Positions 12,192 through 22,183 are shown, counted from the first letter of the stretch. The stretch is DNA of 64,000 nt from Candidatus Saccharimonadia bacterium (GCA_023253175.1 JALRHH010000001.1:300020-364019); one strand, 5' to 3'. Program-made: numbers and translations. The notes: generated by a model not told the origin, from the sequence alone.

Positions 12192-12226
12192 TTGTAATAA
12201 CTCCTATTATTTCTTACTTATACCAA

Positions 12227-13054
12227 TTATCCGGTCACCTTGACGGGGTCAGTAGTGACTCCTTCATCATGCTCGTCATGGTCATCGCTATGCGTTGCAT
12301 TAGCCATGTACACCATGGTGAGCATCATGAACAGATAAGCTTGGATTCCACTAAAGAATATTTCCATCAAGTAGACAGGGAAGGTTGCGATAGGGCCAAA
12401 ATTGCCGCCGAGATCAGCGATAACGTGCAGCAGCACCTCTCCGGCATAAATCACACCGAAAAGACGCATAGACAGGGTAATGATACGGATGAACTCACCC
12501 ATAACTTCAATCAGACCAATAAACGCGTTCATCGGGTTCCACCATGGTTCGACAACGGAGAAGTAGTGCTTTAGGTGGCGGCGAAGACCGAGTTCACGGA
12601 GTGCCCAGAACTGAACGGTTCCAATTGTCAGGATTGCCATACCAAGCGTCGCATTAAGGTCAGTAGTAAACGGACGGAGTAGTGGTGATACATGGCCGTC
12701 ATTCGTAATACTGATACTTCCAACGCCAGGAATGAGGCCAGATAGGTTGCTGAATAGAATAAAGGTAAAGAGCGTGAGGAGTAGCGGGAGATGCTTGAGC
12801 GCTTTCTTGCGTGAGCCAAAGTTATCTTCACCAAGCTGAATAACCATCTCAACCAAGCTCTCGATCGCAAAGGCGAGCTTGTTGTGCGGCTTGACCGTGC
12901 TACGACGCGCTGCGAAGGTGAAAAGTGTTAGCACCACAGCAGCCATGATAAGGCCATAAAACATGGCATTCGTGAAACCAAAACCACCCAAGTTAATGAT
13001 CGGTTCGGCAGCAAGCGGAACACCACCTTCGGCAGCAAAATTAAACAACCGCAT
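12227..13054 (-). CDS. atpB: Fo ATP synthase a subunit
   Basis: Polytopic membrane protein with the conserved LSMRLFGVIYAGE region. First gene of the operon. Confidence 0.9.
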   Translation of the reverse strand: MRLFNFAAEGGVPLAAEPIINLGGFGFTNAMFYGLIMAAVVLTLFTFAARRSTVKPHNKLAFAIESLVEMVIQLGEDNFGSRKKALKHLPLLLTLFTFILFSNLSGLIPGVGSISITNDGHVSPLLRPFTTDLNATLGMAILTIGTVQFWALRELGLRRHLKHYFSVVEPWWNPMNAFIGLIEVMGEFIRIITLSMRLFGVIYAGEVLLHVIADLGGNFGPIATFPVYLMEIFFSGIQAYLFMMLTMVYMANATHSDDHDEHDEGVTTDPVKVTG

Positions 13055-13210
13055 TAAAACCTCCGGTCACGGTGGCAGTAACGCTACTGAATTGTAGTTG
13101 CATGACTCTACGCATTTCTTGCCGGCAGTATATCAGTTGAATTCAGGGTAGTGCAAGGGAGAACTTAACCCGAGGGCTTTTTGAAAGTAAAACGATAAGG
13201 GCTTGGTTCG

Positions 13211-13903
13211 TTAAATTACCGTGGACCAGTAGTACCAGAAGTGCTCTAGTATTGCGAGGATAATGAGCAGGTACCAGGTGACCAAAATTTCTACGTGGTA
13301 TTTGCCGAAGAATCGACCAACGCTCTGCAATCCAGAAGGCAATACAATATGCTTTTCACGAATGTTATACAGCAGGGTATATATGAAGATCGGAATTGTA
13401 ACCGACCAGACCACCATACAGTAAGGGCAGAGCGCGCCAATATTATAAATACTCTGGTACTGCAGCCACGTCACGAAACAGACACCAAAAATCGTACCGG
13501 CTTGCAAACCAAGCCAGAACCAACGTTTAAAGGTCGCGCCGGCCAAAATTGCCATACCGACAGTTATTACGATCGCGAAGCCCGCAATACCAATGATCGG
13601 ATTAGGGAAACCAAATGCCGATGCCTGAGGGGTGTTAATAACCGAACCACATGCAATGATTGGATTCAGATCACATGACAATGAAGCACTTGGGTTTTTG
13701 AGTAGATGTACTTTTTCGATCGTGAGGATGATTGCACTCAGCAGACCGATCGTACCGCCGACGACGAGTAACCACGGAAAGATACGGGTAAATGACCACT
13801 TCTTTTTAGTTCCGACTACAGTAGGTTCTACGGCTTTTGCAGCTGCCGTCCGCTTCTTTGGAGTTGTCTTTTTAGTTGCCATATACGTTATTGTAGCAAA
13901 CAT
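13211..13903 (-). CDS. vitamin K epoxide reductase (VKOR) family membrane protein
   Basis: Loop cysteines (SCDLNPIIACGSV), a CPYC active-site motif (ALCPYCMVVW), and 4-5 TM helices. An alternative start at 13882 (MATKKTT) is possible. Confidence 0.8.
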   Translation of the reverse strand: MFATITYMATKKTTPKKRTAAAKAVEPTVVGTKKKWSFTRIFPWLLVVGGTIGLLSAIILTIEKVHLLKNPSASLSCDLNPIIACGSVINTPQASAFGFPNPIIGIAGFAIVITVGMAILAGATFKRWFWLGLQAGTIFGVCFVTWLQYQSIYNIGALCPYCMVVWSVTIPIFIYTLLYNIREKHIVLPSGLQSVGRFFGKYHVEILVTWYLLIILAILEHFWYYWSTVI

Positions 13904-13925
13904 TTGTTTATACTATACTAAGTAT

Positions 13926-14153
13926 ATGATTATAGTTTATTCAGCAGATTGGTGTGCCTTCTGTCATGCCGCAAAAGATTACTTCACCAAACTTGGCGTG
14001 AGCTACGAAGAGCGCAATGTCGAAGAAAAGCCAGAATACATGCAAGAAGCCATCCAGAAGTCTGGTCAAATGGGAATTCCGGTCATTGACATGGACGGTG
14101 AAATCATCGTTGGTTTCGACAAGCCAAAAATTGACGCCCATTTGGTGAAATAG
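13926..14153 (+). CDS. glutaredoxin/NrdH-like thiol-disulfide protein (75 aa)
   Basis: CAFC redox motif in MIIVYSADWCAFCHAAKDYF and a GIPVI..G..IVGFD thioredoxin-fold tail. Start trimmed from 13632 to ATG 13926. Confidence 0.8.
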   Translation: MIIVYSADWCAFCHAAKDYFTKLGVSYEERNVEEKPEYMQEAIQKSGQMGIPVIDMDGEIIVGFDKPKIDAHLVK

Positions 14154-14214
14154 CTTACATTCTTTCTCTGTAGTGTATCTGTTATACTTAAATTAGTTAA
14201 ACAGGTGCGATGTT

Positions 14215-14745
14215 ATGAGCCAAGCCCAACACTCTATTAACCTTAATGAGGCAGAGTTGCTTGACCATTCCCGCGCACTGAGGGTTGCGGTTGGCTCTGG
14301 TGACCTTTTCCCAGACTCATTAAATACACTTCAGCCAGAAATGATTCATGAACATGATAAACAAGCACTGCTTATCATGGGTGCAATTGGTATTAACAGT
14401 GCTTTCGACACGCTGGACCAGTGGATTAGATTCCGACGCGCGGAGACCGCAGCACTTGAAACGGAGCTACAAACTAATCCCAGGTCTCCGTATGCCGCAA
14501 TTCAAAGAGCTGCACGCTATATCACGGGGCTTCGTTTGACGCAGATCATACCTGGACTTAATGACTCCCGTCCACTGGACGACCCAGATCCAAACCTAGC
14601 ATTCTATCAACGAAATCCGCTGTACAGGCAAATATCTACAGAGGCTCAGTTCAAACCCCAGGAGGTACACCTACTGAACAGGGTAAGAGCAGTCAAAATA
14701 AGTATTTTTGCAGAAAACCTACACAATCGGGCCGAACAGCTTTAG
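14215..14745 (+). CDS. hypothetical protein (176 aa)
   Basis: ORF only. No motif recognised. Confidence 0.45.
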   Translation: MSQAQHSINLNEAELLDHSRALRVAVGSGDLFPDSLNTLQPEMIHEHDKQALLIMGAIGINSAFDTLDQWIRFRRAETAALETELQTNPRSPYAAIQRAARYITGLRLTQIIPGLNDSRPLDDPDPNLAFYQRNPLYRQISTEAQFKPQEVHLLNRVRAVKISIFAENLHNRAEQL

Positions 14746-14757
14746 AATAGACAGTCA

Positions 14758-15327
14758 ATGGCGTTTGAAGATTATAAGACTAAGGATTCCGTTGTTATCG
14801 TGTATACCGGTGACAGCAAAGGCAAGACCAGTGCAAGCATTGGCCTGATGGTTCGTGCCCTCGGCAACCGCTGGAAGGTTGCCTATATACAGTTCATCAA
14901 ATACTGGGGCGTCGGTGAGCACGTCTTTATCCGCGACATCATGCCGGTGTACGAAGATAACCTGCTTTTCTACAAAGGAGGCAAGGGCTTTTACAACGCC
15001 GGCGATCTCAGTGAAGGACACATTACCGAGGAGCAGCATAAACAGGCTGCTATGGAGACCTATGAAAAAGCACTTGAATGCGCCACCAGCGGCGGGTACG
15101 ATCTCGTCATCTGCGATGAAATTAACAATGCTGTCAATGATGGACTCCTTGATACTGCATTGTTAGAAAAATTACTGACCACCCGCCATGAAAAGACTAG
15201 TCTATGTGTCACCGGACGCAATTTCCCTGAAGAGCTGCTAAAGCACGTGGATATTGCGACCAACATGACCAAAATTAAGCATCATTTTGATGATAAATTC
15301 CTTGCGAACAAGGGCATAGACTACTAA
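14758..15327 (+). CDS. cobO: cob(I)yrinic acid a,c-diamide / cob(I)alamin adenosyltransferase (CobO/BtuR type)
   Basis: P-loop-like YTGDSKGKTSASIGL, then KVAYIQFIK, DLVICDEIN and GRNFPEELL, which are typical of the CobA/CobO/BtuR family. Confidence 0.75.
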   Translation: MAFEDYKTKDSVVIVYTGDSKGKTSASIGLMVRALGNRWKVAYIQFIKYWGVGEHVFIRDIMPVYEDNLLFYKGGKGFYNAGDLSEGHITEEQHKQAAMETYEKALECATSGGYDLVICDEINNAVNDGLLDTALLEKLLTTRHEKTSLCVTGRNFPEELLKHVDIATNMTKIKHHFDDKFLANKGIDY

Positions 15328-15332
15328 CAATC

Positions 15333-15896
15333 ATGACAGATCACTTAGAACCTGAAAGCCGAACAGAATTCGGCGGTCTACTTGAAGTGCCCGCAGTGCC
15401 GCAACAATTAATCAGTCAGTCGGTGGTAGATGTGCTGATTGCAGGGTTGCGCCTCGCAGAAATGAACCTTGATTATGTTGAAGTTCATGGCCACTACAGA
15501 CATTTACACAAAAACTTCATGCACTCTACCTCCAAGAACAACCCGGTCACACCCCAGCCATTTAATGCTTTTGTACCGAGATTTTCTTCGCTAGACCTTA
15601 CTGCATATATTGATGGAATAGAGTTCGAGGCGCGCCAAACCGCAGCCGAATTCAATGAGATCATGAAAGTCATTGGCGGCCTACCGGTAAAAATTGAACT
15701 GAGTAGACCAGAAGATACAATCGACGGATCAATAACTGGCCTAAAAGACTACAAAGATGGCGGATGGATATACGGATTCACCGGGCCAAAACATCCTAAT
15801 GGAATCAATCTACGTGGTGACACGAATATGTTACAGGCATGGCATAGTGCAGCGAGACTACAGCTACCGGAAGAGCTTGATGCGCAGGAGCTGTAA
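15333..15896 (+). CDS. hypothetical protein (187 aa)
   Basis: ORF only. Its 3' end overlaps the convergent GT2 gene by about 33 nt. Confidence 0.45.
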   Translation: MTDHLEPESRTEFGGLLEVPAVPQQLISQSVVDVLIAGLRLAEMNLDYVEVHGHYRHLHKNFMHSTSKNNPVTPQPFNAFVPRFSSLDLTAYIDGIEFEARQTAAEFNEIMKVIGGLPVKIELSRPEDTIDGSITGLKDYKDGGWIYGFTGPKHPNGINLRGDTNMLQAWHSAARLQLPEELDAQEL

Positions 15897-16664
15897 ACCC
15901 TTTAACGGATAGATGAGTGGTGTAAGGAGGTAGAGAAGCACCGCGCCAATAAAGCCGGTGAACCACATTTTTTTATTATGTACACGGAGGGACTGGGGCC
16001 ATAACATCAGCGTCGCCCACAACTTATCGTGGTCCTGGAATACACGGCGCAGTTTGACACCCACAATGAAATGACGGCGGTACACAATCTTGGCACCTGC
16101 TCGGTGAGCATGTATGGCGATATCGATATCCTCATGAATATCATTCCTCACGCAGATTTCTGATTTAATCTGGCTCCAGACGGCCTTTGGTATAACCATG
16201 TTTGATCCAAACAGAAAATGATGGCCGAGCACTACCTGGTTAACACGAAATGCCAGCACACTGAGTATCCACTGAGAAATATGAGGCAGCGGAGTATTGT
16301 AATGCCTGCCGCCCCCAGTCAGACAGACCTTATTGGGATCGTTTTGCGTATAAAAACGCATGACGTATTCAACCCAATCTGGCGGCAGAATGCTATCCGA
16401 ATCAATACGGCCGATCAATTCGTGCTGTGCGGCGTTAAATCCTGCATCTCGGGCATACACAATACCCTGATTGCGCGCAGTTATGACACGTACAAATGGA
16501 TAGGATTTTGCGATCTCTACCGTGCGATCAGTTGAATTGTTATCCACGACGATCACTTCGTCAGGTAACCGTGTCTGTGCAGCCACGGAGTCAAGGCACG
16601 CAATCAGGTGTTCTTCTTCGTTATATGCTGGTATAATCAGCGATAATGCTAAAGCTTTTTTCAT
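15864..16664 (-). CDS. family 2 glycosyltransferase
   Basis: LSLIIPAYNEEEHL, VIVVDNNSTDRT and RIDSDS (DxD-like). Start trimmed to ATG 16664 (MKKALAL), which is preceded by GAGGGAG. Confidence 0.8.
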   Translation of the reverse strand: MKKALALSLIIPAYNEEEHLIACLDSVAAQTRLPDEVIVVDNNSTDRTVEIAKSYPFVRVITARNQGIVYARDAGFNAAQHELIGRIDSDSILPPDWVEYVMRFYTQNDPNKVCLTGGGRHYNTPLPHISQWILSVLAFRVNQVVLGHHFLFGSNMVIPKAVWSQIKSEICVRNDIHEDIDIAIHAHRAGAKIVYRRHFIVGVKLRRVFQDHDKLWATLMLWPQSLRVHNKKMWFTGFIGAVLLYLLTPLIYPLKGLQLLRIKLFR

Positions 16665-16692
16665 AGTAATTAACTCCCTCATCATAACAAAG

Positions 16693-17832
16693 ATGCCCAA
16701 ATCCCAACTGAAGAAATCAAAACCAAAAGCCGAGAGGTCAAACCTGTTTAGGCGCTTGCTCGGCCTGGCCGCCAGGACCTGGCAACGCAACCTCTGGAAT
16801 AAAGTAGTTATTGTCGTTACAGTCCTCGTCTTCTCCCTGGTAAGCTGCATGTACGGCATTGCACAGTGGTATATCTTTACGCATAAAGACCAACCCTATC
16901 AGATCGGCGTGACGTTTATTCCTCGCTATGCGCGCTATCTTGGCGTCGAACCCAAAGAAACCTTCCAGGCGATACTTGATGACCTCAAGCCGACCAATGT
17001 TCGGCTCGTCAGCTACTGGAATGATATCGAGAAAGAGCGCGGCACATACGATTTCTCAGAGCTGGACTGGCAAATGGATATGGCTGAAAAAGCTGGTGCA
17101 AAGGTCAGCCTGGCAATTGGACTTCGTCAACCACGCTGGCCTGAATGTCATATGCCACAGTGGCACCTAAATCAGCCTAAAGAAGTCTGGTATGGCGATC
17201 TAAAAAATGTCATAGGCGCGACCGTTGGACGCTATAAAACACACCCAGCACTTGAAAGCTACCAGCTCGAAAACGAATTTTTCCTGAGTGTATTCGGTGA
17301 ATGTCCTGACTTTAGCCGCGATCGATTGATTGATGAATACTTCTATGTAAAGGGACTAGATGCCGATCACCCCGTCATTATTAGCAGGAGTAACAATGCC
17401 ATTGGATTCCCAATTAACGAGCCGCAGCCTGACGCATTTGGCGTGTCTGTCTACAAGCGTGTCTGGGACCGCACTATTACGCGGCGCTATGTTGAATATC
17501 CATTCCCGGCATGGTTCTATGGATTCCTGGCTGGGGGCGGTAAGATTATTACCGGCAAAGAACTGATGATCCACGAACTCCAGGCCGAAGCTTGGACACC
17601 AGATGGTATGGAAATTAAAACAGCACCCGTCGAAGAGCTCTACAAATCCATGAACCCAGAACGACTTGAAGGACGTTTTAACTACGCCAAAGGCTCTGGC
17701 ATTAAACGAATGGATCTCTGGGGAGCAGAGTGGTGGTACGCCATGAAGGTTAACCGCGGCGAGCCCGAGTTATGGAACACTGCCGTCAAAGAGTTTGACA
17801 AGGCGCGGCAGCACAACCAGGAACTCAGGTAG
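16693..17832 (+). CDS. membrane-anchored TIM-barrel glycoside-hydrolase-like protein (clan GH-A style NE...E signature)
   Basis: N-terminal TM anchor, YQLENEF, IHELQAEAW and DLWGAEWWY. Start trimmed to ATG 16693. The family number cannot be assigned by eye. Confidence 0.55.
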   Translation: MPKSQLKKSKPKAERSNLFRRLLGLAARTWQRNLWNKVVIVVTVLVFSLVSCMYGIAQWYIFTHKDQPYQIGVTFIPRYARYLGVEPKETFQAILDDLKPTNVRLVSYWNDIEKERGTYDFSELDWQMDMAEKAGAKVSLAIGLRQPRWPECHMPQWHLNQPKEVWYGDLKNVIGATVGRYKTHPALESYQLENEFFLSVFGECPDFSRDRLIDEYFYVKGLDADHPVIISRSNNAIGFPINEPQPDAFGVSVYKRVWDRTITRRYVEYPFPAWFYGFLAGGGKIITGKELMIHELQAEAWTPDGMEIKTAPVEELYKSMNPERLEGRFNYAKGSGIKRMDLWGAEWWYAMKVNRGEPELWNTAVKEFDKARQHNQELR

Positions 17833-17852
17833 CGCTCTGTTACACTAGATAT

Positions 17853-18746
17853 ATGACACAGAGGCAATATGGTGTTAGTTTTTCAGTAAAACAGTGCCGC
17901 AATTTTGGACTCAAGCAAGAGGCCGTTCTCAAAGCACTCATCGGCGACCTTGGCGTGCGCCGCTTCCGTCTGATGAGTTATTGGAATGAACACGAGAAGA
18001 CACAAGGCGATTTCGACTTTTCGGCACTCGACGAACAGATGGATATTATCGAATCGGCTGGCGGCACGGTCAGTCTATGCCTGGGGGTCCGCCAGCCACG
18101 TTGGCCGGAAAATCACTGGCCGCAGTGGGCCTGGGAACTCCCAAAGCCAGAACGCGATGCAGCAATTCTGAAATTCATCCAGTCAGTAATTGAACGGTAT
18201 GAACATCGTCCCGTTATCGTCAGCTATCAGCTGGAGAATGAGGCGCTACTTGAAAGCTTTGGGGAGCGACCCGAAGTCGATCGAAACAGACTTAAAATGG
18301 AATATTTCTGGATCAAGCAGCTGGACAGTCTGCGCCCAATCATCATGACAACCTCGACGTCATGGGGCATCCCAATGCGTGATCCCGTGCCAGATATCGT
18401 AGGCTTTTCGTACTACCAAATGCTTTTTAATAACGGTTCGTATGGCAAATCATTTCACAGGCCCTGGCTCGATCGCTTGCGCGCAAAGACTATCAAGCTG
18501 CTCCACGGCAAAGAAAGCTTTATCCATGAACTCCAGGCGGAACCATGGGGTCCTAAGAATATATGGGACATGGACCTCGAAGAACAATTTAGGTCTATGA
18601 GCCTCCGACAGCTTAAAGAGAATATTGCGCAGGCGCAGGCCACTAATCTGGGCACGATTGATCTCTGGGGGGCAGAGTGGTGGTACTGGCTCAAAAACAA
18701 AAAGAAAAGCTCCGAAATCTGGGACTTTGTAAAGACGCTATTCTAG
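17853..18746 (+). CDS. glycoside-hydrolase-like paralog of the upstream gene (no TM anchor)
   Basis: Shares RQPRWPENHWPQW, YQLENEA, IHELQAEPWGP and DLWGAEWWYW with 16693-17832. Confidence 0.55.
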   Translation: MTQRQYGVSFSVKQCRNFGLKQEAVLKALIGDLGVRRFRLMSYWNEHEKTQGDFDFSALDEQMDIIESAGGTVSLCLGVRQPRWPENHWPQWAWELPKPERDAAILKFIQSVIERYEHRPVIVSYQLENEALLESFGERPEVDRNRLKMEYFWIKQLDSLRPIIMTTSTSWGIPMRDPVPDIVGFSYYQMLFNNGSYGKSFHRPWLDRLRAKTIKLLHGKESFIHELQAEPWGPKNIWDMDLEEQFRSMSLRQLKENIAQAQATNLGTIDLWGAEWWYWLKNKKKSSEIWDFVKTLF

Positions 18747-18751
18747 CTTTT

Positions 18752-19750
18752 TTATGCCTGCAATCCATGCTTGACCATCAGAGCATGTGCTGCATAGTTA
18801 TCGCCAGTAGTATGCATATTTGCAGCCTCGCCGGTATACATAACCGTTCGGACGTTGTGGTTACTCTGACTACGAAGACGGTCCAAATCAGTCAATAGAC
18901 TACCTTCTACGGCACCAAATTTTACCCGTGTATCAGGACGAGCGCTTTTTATTTTATATAAAGCTCGTGCAATATGATTTACTGTTTCATCTGTCATACC
19001 GGCATGAATAAGCTTGCTGATTTTATTTAGTGAACGTATACCAAACATCGAATAATCGAGTAGTGGCAATCGAATTCCCGCCTCATGTTCAAGCAGCGTA
19101 CCAAAACCGGCTTCTGCCATTGATTTACGCTGTAGTTTTAGTGCACCAGATTTCATGAAATCCCTTTGAAGCTGACCAGTGCCACGCTCAACCGCAGAAG
19201 GCACTTCATCCGCGTTTACATGCGTAATCTCAACATTAGATGATCCTACCGCCGCAATGTCAACCGCAACGCGGCCCCCCTGAGAATAACCAGTTACAGC
19301 AAGACTACCAATGCTTAAGGTTTCAAAAACACGGATATATTTCTCTGCGAGTGGAGCCAGGCTACCCTCGGATAAGCGCTTCCTATCATTGGCGGAAAAT
19401 GTATATGTCGTATCCTTCCCAGTATGAACGTTTGGGAGCAATAGAACTTCGCTGTTGGGCATAACCGATTGCTGCATAAATGCCGCGCGCAGCATCATTG
19501 TCTTATTTAGCCCCTGGAGGAACGGAAAGGCAAGTGCAACTGTTGTTCCATCGTGCTCTTTCAGCGGAGCAAGACGAGAGATTAGAACGCGCTCATCACC
19601 CGCATATACTGGCATTAGCGCCGGTTTGTTAGGCAAAACCTGGTCAAAGGTGGCATTCTGCCATCGCTCGTGAGCCTCATTAAACTGATCATCTATCAGT
19701 CCGTATAATTGATCAGGCACGCGTGCTGGATGCGCTTCAAATGCTATCAT
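18752..19750 (-). CDS. putative alpha/beta-fold hydrolase
   Basis: GYSQGG nucleophile-elbow motif (GxSxG). Otherwise unrecognised. Confidence 0.45.
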   Translation of the reverse strand: MIAFEAHPARVPDQLYGLIDDQFNEAHERWQNATFDQVLPNKPALMPVYAGDERVLISRLAPLKEHDGTTVALAFPFLQGLNKTMMLRAAFMQQSVMPNSEVLLLPNVHTGKDTTYTFSANDRKRLSEGSLAPLAEKYIRVFETLSIGSLAVTGYSQGGRVAVDIAAVGSSNVEITHVNADEVPSAVERGTGQLQRDFMKSGALKLQRKSMAEAGFGTLLEHEAGIRLPLLDYSMFGIRSLNKISKLIHAGMTDETVNHIARALYKIKSARPDTRVKFGAVEGSLLTDLDRLRSQSNHNVRTVMYTGEAANMHTTGDNYAAHALMVKHGLQA

Positions 19751-19819
19751 ATTTACATTATAGCATATTTGTCAATATTTTGCAATATCTACCTCTGTCA
19801 GGTATAGTTAATACAAGTT

Positions 19820-20296
19820 ATGGCTAAGAAAAAGCAGCAGACCACTAAATCGATCCAGAACCGCCGCGCGCGTCATGATTATGAGCTCGAGGATAGTTTA
19901 GTGGTGGGCTTGGAGTTAACAGGCAGGGAAGTTAAATCCCTTCGCCTTGGCCACGGCCAGCTCCGCGGCGCGTATGTGACTGTCAAGGATGACCAGCTCT
20001 GGCTCCTCAACAGCACTATTAATGGCACAAATGGCATTCCGATCCCAGAGGCAGAACAGACCAGGACCCGCCGATTACTTGCCAAAAGAAAACAGATCGA
20101 CCAGCTCATCGCCGCAAAGCAACAGGACAGAAGCATTGTACCGCTGGAAATGCTAACCAATGGCCGCTTCATCAAGCTTCGTATCTCTGTTGGTAAAGGC
20201 AAAAAGCAATACGACAAACGTCAAGCTTTGAAGAAGCGCGACGATCAGAGATCCCTTCAGGGAGAACTGAAGTCTCGCCAGAGACTATCGTATTAG
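19820..20296 (+). CDS. smpB: SsrA-binding protein SmpB
   Basis: NRRARHDYELEDSLVVGLELTGREVKSLR and a basic C-terminal tail. Confidence 0.93.
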   Translation: MAKKKQQTTKSIQNRRARHDYELEDSLVVGLELTGREVKSLRLGHGQLRGAYVTVKDDQLWLLNSTINGTNGIPIPEAEQTRTRRLLAKRKQIDQLIAAKQQDRSIVPLEMLTNGRFIKLRISVGKGKKQYDKRQALKKRDDQRSLQGELKSRQRLSY

Positions 20297-20451
20297 TACG
20301 ATAATCAAGAGGTCTTGCAGGATATTTATTCCGAGAAAGCTCGCAGATTATATGCGCGAATGCGCTATACAAAAGACAAACCCTTAAAGAGCGCGACGAT
20401 GAACGTACCACAAATGCAGCCATTAAATCTCTGAGTCATCTGTAAATATCA

Positions 20452-21336
20452 CTAATCGAAGTGAGGGATAACGCGCTCGGCAAAAGCATTTATAAGAGCG
20501 CTGAACCCATTTTTATAACAATCCATTTCATCCAGACCATCACCTATGGCGTCATTCAAAATTCGACTTGTTATACGGACAGATACAGAATCAACAAACT
20601 TTTTAATATCATCAGGCCGTTCAATCAGAATACGTTTTCCAAAGCGTGCATTAGCTGCAAAGTGCTTTACGGATGCGACTTCGATCAAATCATTAATATC
20701 CTGGATCGACGATTGATTAATCCGAGCTTCAAGCGTTGGATTTGATTTACCATTCGGAACATCAAGGATATATGCATGTGTTACTAAATCTGCCCCCATT
20801 TTCCGTAACAGCGCATCTATAGAAACCTCATGCGCGCCAGTCACACGGATATCATCGATTGCTATGACATGTTTGTCTTCAATATCAATGCCCTTAGGTA
20901 GGGTTAAACCGTTCTGCTCCATGACTTTGTCACGTTCTTCAGCTGTCATCGCTGCATAATCACCGTCAGTTAAGTTTGCTCTGTTAATTTTGAAAGGTAC
21001 GATTCGAGTGCGCGAACCATATACATGAGTCACGGCTTGCGCCATACCGACAAAAGGCTCTATAAGTGAGGCAGAGGCAGGGCGGGCAATCTTATATGCC
21101 GAAGAGGTTACATAAAGGTCACGCGGACCTTCTATCTCAATACAAAGCGGAACAAGATGTCTTGCAATCGCCGCACCGTATAACCGCGAGACTGCACCAT
21201 CACCATACTTAAACCGGCTATAATCCTCTAAACTGAGAGTAACATCATCAACATTTGGTTCGATTATTACTGCATCGTTTTCTGTAATTACATTACCCAG
21301 GGCAAATCGTTCGAGATTGTCAACCATATTATCCAT
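20452..21336 (-). CDS. phosphoribosyltransferase-domain protein (294 aa)
   Basis: PRPP-binding loop-like KHVIAIDDIRVTGAHE. Paralogous to the upstream gene. Confidence 0.6.
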   Translation of the reverse strand: MDNMVDNLERFALGNVITENDAVIIEPNVDDVTLSLEDYSRFKYGDGAVSRLYGAAIARHLVPLCIEIEGPRDLYVTSSAYKIARPASASLIEPFVGMAQAVTHVYGSRTRIVPFKINRANLTDGDYAAMTAEERDKVMEQNGLTLPKGIDIEDKHVIAIDDIRVTGAHEVSIDALLRKMGADLVTHAYILDVPNGKSNPTLEARINQSSIQDINDLIEVASVKHFAANARFGKRILIERPDDIKKFVDSVSVRITSRILNDAIGDGLDEMDCYKNGFSALINAFAERVIPHFD

Positions 21337-22183
21337 TCCTATCCTGGTTAATCGTACGTGCTATGGTAAATCCGTCTTTATACTGCGCAACAAAATCAAC
21401 ACCGGTATCTACCGAACCACGCACTACAGCCTCCAGTATTCGCTCTGGAATTTGCTCTAAAAACTGCACAAGTCGTGTAGGATTTGTAGCCAATATGAGT
21501 TTAAGAGTACGGATATTAAGGTCAAAGTTATCTGCGCGCATTAAAGGTAACAGATCACTCACACTACGAATAACTGAAGCGTTCAGGTCGTTTTCTACAC
21601 TTGGGTTATTAAATGCTTGGTCTTTATCAAATAAAGCTATATAACCTAGTGCAACAAGTTTTGGATCTTCTGGAGCAAGTACTTCAAGCATCTTACGCTC
21701 AGCTCCACCTGTAATACGTATATCATCCAAAACTATTGTATGCGATCCCCGCAGCTTACGACCTTCAAGTGAAAATCCAATGTCATCCAACTCTTTTTTA
21801 CGCTCTGCCTCCGTAGCCGCAGCGTAGTTAGTAGCCGCAACCCTATCCTTGTATACATGGACCATGCGGCCAGGTTCATTACCTTGACTTAAACGCTCAA
21901 TGTTAAGTTGATCCAGGCAGTAGCGGCTCAGATAAAAACATGCTGGTGGCACTGCCTTATATGCCACTAAGAATTCTGGGGGAGTAGACTCAGAAATAAG
22001 CTCAGGCAGTTCCTTCTGTAAAACATCTGCAATCTCACTCGCAAATTCTGCAGTTGCTGCTGCATCACCATACTTCATTCGGCTATACGCATTACGATCA
22101 AAAACTTGGCCATTTTGTTCAGTAATATTTGATTGGTCATCATATTGCAGATAGTACGCTGCCACTGTCTCGAGCTCTGACAT
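21329..22183 (-). CDS. phosphoribosyltransferase-domain protein (284 aa)
   Basis: SHTIVLDDIRITGGAE. Shares YSRMKYGD / YSRFKYGD with its paralog. 8-nt overlap with the downstream gene. Confidence 0.6.
   Translation of the reverse strand: MSELETVAAYYLQYDDQSNITEQNGQVFDRNAYSRMKYGDAAATAEFASEIADVLQKELPELISESTPPEFLVAYKAVPPACFYLSRYCLDQLNIERLSQGNEPGRMVHVYKDRVAATNYAAATEAERKKELDDIGFSLEGRKLRGSHTIVLDDIRITGGAERKMLEVLAPEDPKLVALGYIALFDKDQAFNNPSVENDLNASVIRSVSDLLPLMRADNFDLNIRTLKLILATNPTRLVQFLEQIPERILEAVVRGSVDTGVDFVAQYKDGFTIARTINQDRNG

Noticed and set aside
16522-16859. Long N-terminal extensions of the GT2 ORF (to 16859) and the glycosidase-like ORF (from 16522) that overlap each other
   Set aside because: Both extensions are read-through of the divergent partner gene. 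Conserved sequence and good RBSs begin at ATG 16664 (minus strand) and ATG 16693 (plus strand).
20297-20451. Possible tmRNA (ssrA) gene next to smpB
   Set aside because: There is no tRNA-Ala-like acceptor/T-arm ending in CCA and no plausible tag reading frame in the 155-bp spacer, which is also far too short for a tmRNA.
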